A DNA stretch of 63,801 nucleotides, filler included, from Octopus bimaculoides (taxonomy: Eukaryota): the NCBI RefSeq assembly GCF_001194135.2. It is 5 parts of 4 records of this genome, joined end to end, with 100 filler letters (N's around TTAATTAATTAA, not from the genome) between each part and the next. Parts side by side here need not be neighbours in the genome. Positions count along the whole stretch, not along the records: positions 51,272 to 61,357 come from NC_068998.1; positions 61,458 to 63,801 come from NC_068988.1; 3 more parts are not named here. The stretch is one strand, 5' to 3'. Shown in pieces: positions 60,905-63,801 of the stretch. Within the stretch, counting starts at the first letter, position 1; the number at the start of each line of letters is the position of its first letter. The notes below the pieces were generated by a model. The model saw only the letters and a list, made by a program, of their open reading frames with translations. It was not told the origin of the DNA and made no database searches. A program made the position numbers and the translations under genes.

Positions 60905-61316
60905 TATTGGTAGACGGAAACTGAAAGAAGCCCATCGTGTGTATATATATACCAAATCCACTAACAAGGCTTTCAATCTCATCACCAAAATCTCTACCAC
61001 CCACAATCATTGTCATCATTATCATCATCAGCAGCAACACCATCACACACACACACCTTCTTTTTCGGAACGGTGAATCTCGAAGCAGATAGAGCTATAA
61101 ACAATAGCGTGTAAATACTGGATTAAAAATAAAAACAAAAAACAATATGTTCTTATTTATAGCTTTATCTGCTTTCAAATTCCTCTTTCCAAAGCAGAAC
61201 TATTTCTCGTTCTTGAAGTTTCTCAATTCTTATGACGTCAACAATATGTATATATGTATATGTGTGTGTATGTATATATATGTATGTATGTGTATATATA
61301 TAAATGTATGTATATG

Positions 61317-61357
<41 letters not shown>

Positions 61358-61457
61358 NNNNNNNNNNNNNNNNNNNNNNNNNNNNNNNNNNNNNNNNNNN
61401 NTTAATTAATTAANNNNNNNNNNNNNNNNNNNNNNNNNNNNNNNNNNNNNNNNNNNN
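61358..61457. other. Artificial scaffold-joining spacer
   Basis: 44 N + TTAATTAATTAA + 44 N. Confidence 0.97.
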
Positions 61458-61664
61458 ATATATATATATATATATATATATATTACATCTATCTACGTTT
61501 ATATCTATCAACATATCTGTCTAAGCATACGAACATATATATGCTTGCATAAATCTATGTGTATGTGCATAGGTGCAACATATATACATACATAATTACA
61601 TATGCCGTGATAAAAGGATCCATCGACGACTTCAGCAGCAACAGAAGCAACTACCAATACCACC

Positions 61665-61696
<32 letters not shown>

Positions 61697-62482
61697 CAGG
61701 AAGAGCAGAAGCAATAACAGCAGCAGTAGTTCCCCAAACGTTGTAACGTAGAGAACAAAATTGAATCACAACGTTAAGGGGAAAAAAAGGCGGAGATTCG
61801 TACGGCAAGAGCTAACAAAACGAAGCACGCCATCTTAACAAGATTACGGCGTCCATTTTCTCCTCGTTTATTTGTTATCGAAACTCATATTAGAAAAGAA
61901 TAAGATTCATTGAAAACGTTTCTCTTCCTCTACCTACACCTCTACGTTCTTTCCTCCTCTTTATTTTCTTTCTTTTCTTCTCTCTTTCCCTACACAAACT
62001 TTTGTCTCTTTCAATCTCATCTATTTCCACCCCCTCTTCACTTGTATTAACACTTTTACGTTTTTGTCCAACTTTCATTGATGCCAATGTACATCTGTTC
62101 GAGTCACTCTTATCTGTTTTCATTCATTTATTCATTCATCATTCTTTCATTGTCTTCTTTCTTTCTTTCTTTTATCGTTTTTTTCTTCATTGTCAATTTA
62201 TTTCTCTTACCTACTTTATCTTTCCTCAATATCTAATCTCCCTCTCTCTTTCCCCTCTTTATATGCATGTGTGTGTGCGTATGTTTGTGTGTCTGTGTTT
62301 GTCCCCCCAACATCGCTTGACAACCGATGCTGGTGTGTTTATGTCCCTGTAACTTAGCGGTTCGGCAAAAGAGAGAGAGTCATAGAGAAGGTAGTGGATA
62401 GAGAAATTAGAAATAAGAGAGGGATAAAAATAGGATTATAAGTGAAGGAGGGAGACAGTAGAGGGGAATATAGAAGAACTAT

Positions 62483-62700
62483 GGCGGTGAGCTGTCAGAA
62501 ACGTTAGCACGCCGGGCGAAATGCTTAGCGGTATTTCGTCTGCCGTTACGTTCTGAGTTTAAAATCCGCCGAGGTCGACTTTGCTTTTCATCCTTTCGGG
62601 GTCGATTAAATAAGTACCAGTTACGCACTGGGGTCGATAAAATCGACTTAATCCATTTGTCTGTCTTTGTTTGTCCCCTCTGTGTGTAGCAGGGACAGAC
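62483..62700 (+). mobile_element. Young family A SINE
   Basis: GGCGGTGAGCTGTCAGAAACGTTAGCACGCCGGGCGAAATGCTTAGCGGTATTTCG...TAAGTACCAGTTACGCACTGGGGTCG. Confidence 0.9.
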
Positions 62701-62720
62701 AGACAGATAGACAGTCAGAT

Positions 62721-62813
<93 letters not shown>

Positions 62814-63481
62814 CAGGCAGAGAGACAGACAGACAGTCAAACAATGAGAGAGAAAGAGCGGGGGAAGAGGCAGTGAGAGTGAGAGTGGATGGCTTGAGAT
62901 GCGATTATTTAGCAGGGAGACTGAAGGAAAATATCTAGACAGATGGAGTGACAGAAGTCAGGCATTGGCGGAGAGTAATCTGCCAGCGAGATTTTTATAT
63001 CCCAGCCCCAATCCCTTGTAACCCCGTTTTCGGATGTTGATAGAGGGAGAATGAAATTCTTGTGAGCTGATCCAATTATACTTCGTTAATCCAGTCAAAC
63101 TAAACGAAGACAAGCCGAGCCAAGCCAAACCCGGCATGCCGTGTCTCTAAACAAGACAAGCCAAGAAAAACCAAGAAAAAGCCAAGCGCCATTTTTTCCC
63201 CTTCCTACGGGAAGCAACGAGAAAGGAGGCTAGCTTGTATGTACTTTAAAGCTAGCTAACTTCTTAACGTTGTCTTTAGTCAGCTTACCTAGTTAGTATG
63301 TTACCTAAAGCAATGATGAGATTGTTAGTTAGCTAACTTGTTAGCTAACTAGTAATTTCGATGGATGAGTATGTAGCTTATTTGTTAAATTGGAAGCTAG
63401 CAGACTATCTAACAAGTTAGTAGAGTAGCGAATTAGACGTTGTGAGAGTCGGCTTAGATTTGTGAAATATATCGCTGTGTG

Positions 63482-63801
63482 TAGAGTCGCAATGGCCCAG
63501 TGGTTAGGGCAGCGGACTCGCGGGCGTAGGATCACGGTTTCGATTCCCAGACCGAGCGTTGTGAGTGTTTATGGAGCAAAAACACCTAAAGCTCCACGAT
63601 GCTCCGGCACGGGGTGATGGCAAACCCTGCTGTACTCTTTCACCACAACTTTCTCTCACTCATTCTTCTTGTTTCTGTTGTACTTGTATTTCAAAGGGTC
63701 CAGCCTTGTCACACTCTGTGTCAAGCTGAATCTCCCCGAGAACTATGGTAAGGGTGGGTACACGTGGCTGTGGAGTGCTCAGCCACATACACGTTAATTT
63801 C
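63482..63801 (+). mobile_element. Family C tRNA-derived SINE running off the window end
   Basis: GTCGCAATGGCCCAGTGGTTAGGGCAGCGGACTCG...GGTTTCGATTCCCAGACC head with A and B boxes; 3' tail shared with 47500-47600. Confidence 0.88.

Noticed and set aside
63310-63470. ATGATGA (box C-like) in a TAG/GCTAAC-rich tract
   Set aside because: No box D or antisense element downstream; a low-complexity region.

Overview
AT-rich, microsatellite-saturated animal genomic DNA. The SINE families look like octopus/cephalopod ones (recognised from memory, not database-checked). About a quarter of the window is N. Four identical 100-bp spacers (44 N + TTAATTAATTAA + 44 N, at 13406, 40671, 51172 and 61358) are artificial joins, so the window is at least five separately assembled pieces (1-13405, 13506-40670, 40771-51171, 51272-61357, 61458-63801) and neighbourhood across the joins cannot be trusted. 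No complete protein-coding gene is visible; nearly all ORFs in the track are read-throughs of N runs or microsatellites. Recognisable coding remnants are all transposon-derived: an RTE-clade reverse transcriptase with a PHD-like finger, a Penelope-type GIY-YIG endonuclease, a Tc1 DD34E transposase with TIRs, two other Tc1/mariner remnants, R4/Dong-type restriction-like endonuclease ends and a possible BEL/Pao gag. There are dozens of tRNA-derived SINEs and a clean hAT MITE with an 8-bp TSD. Two weakly supported exons suggest a + strand host gene (22845-23014, 29657-29753). The most striking unexplained structure is a set of hammerhead-ribozyme (HHR) motifs: six full-length and one truncated, from about five unrelated sequence contexts. 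They include an inverted pair next to the GIY-YIG remnant whose two arms are broken at different positions and reconstruct an intact HHR, and a 138-bp HHR-containing unit with terminal inverted repeats. Also notable are two near-perfect local fold-back duplications (27.5 kb, 60.6 kb), an isolated 28S-rRNA-like 35-mer, and an unclassified ~75-bp module that is both tandem and dispersed.
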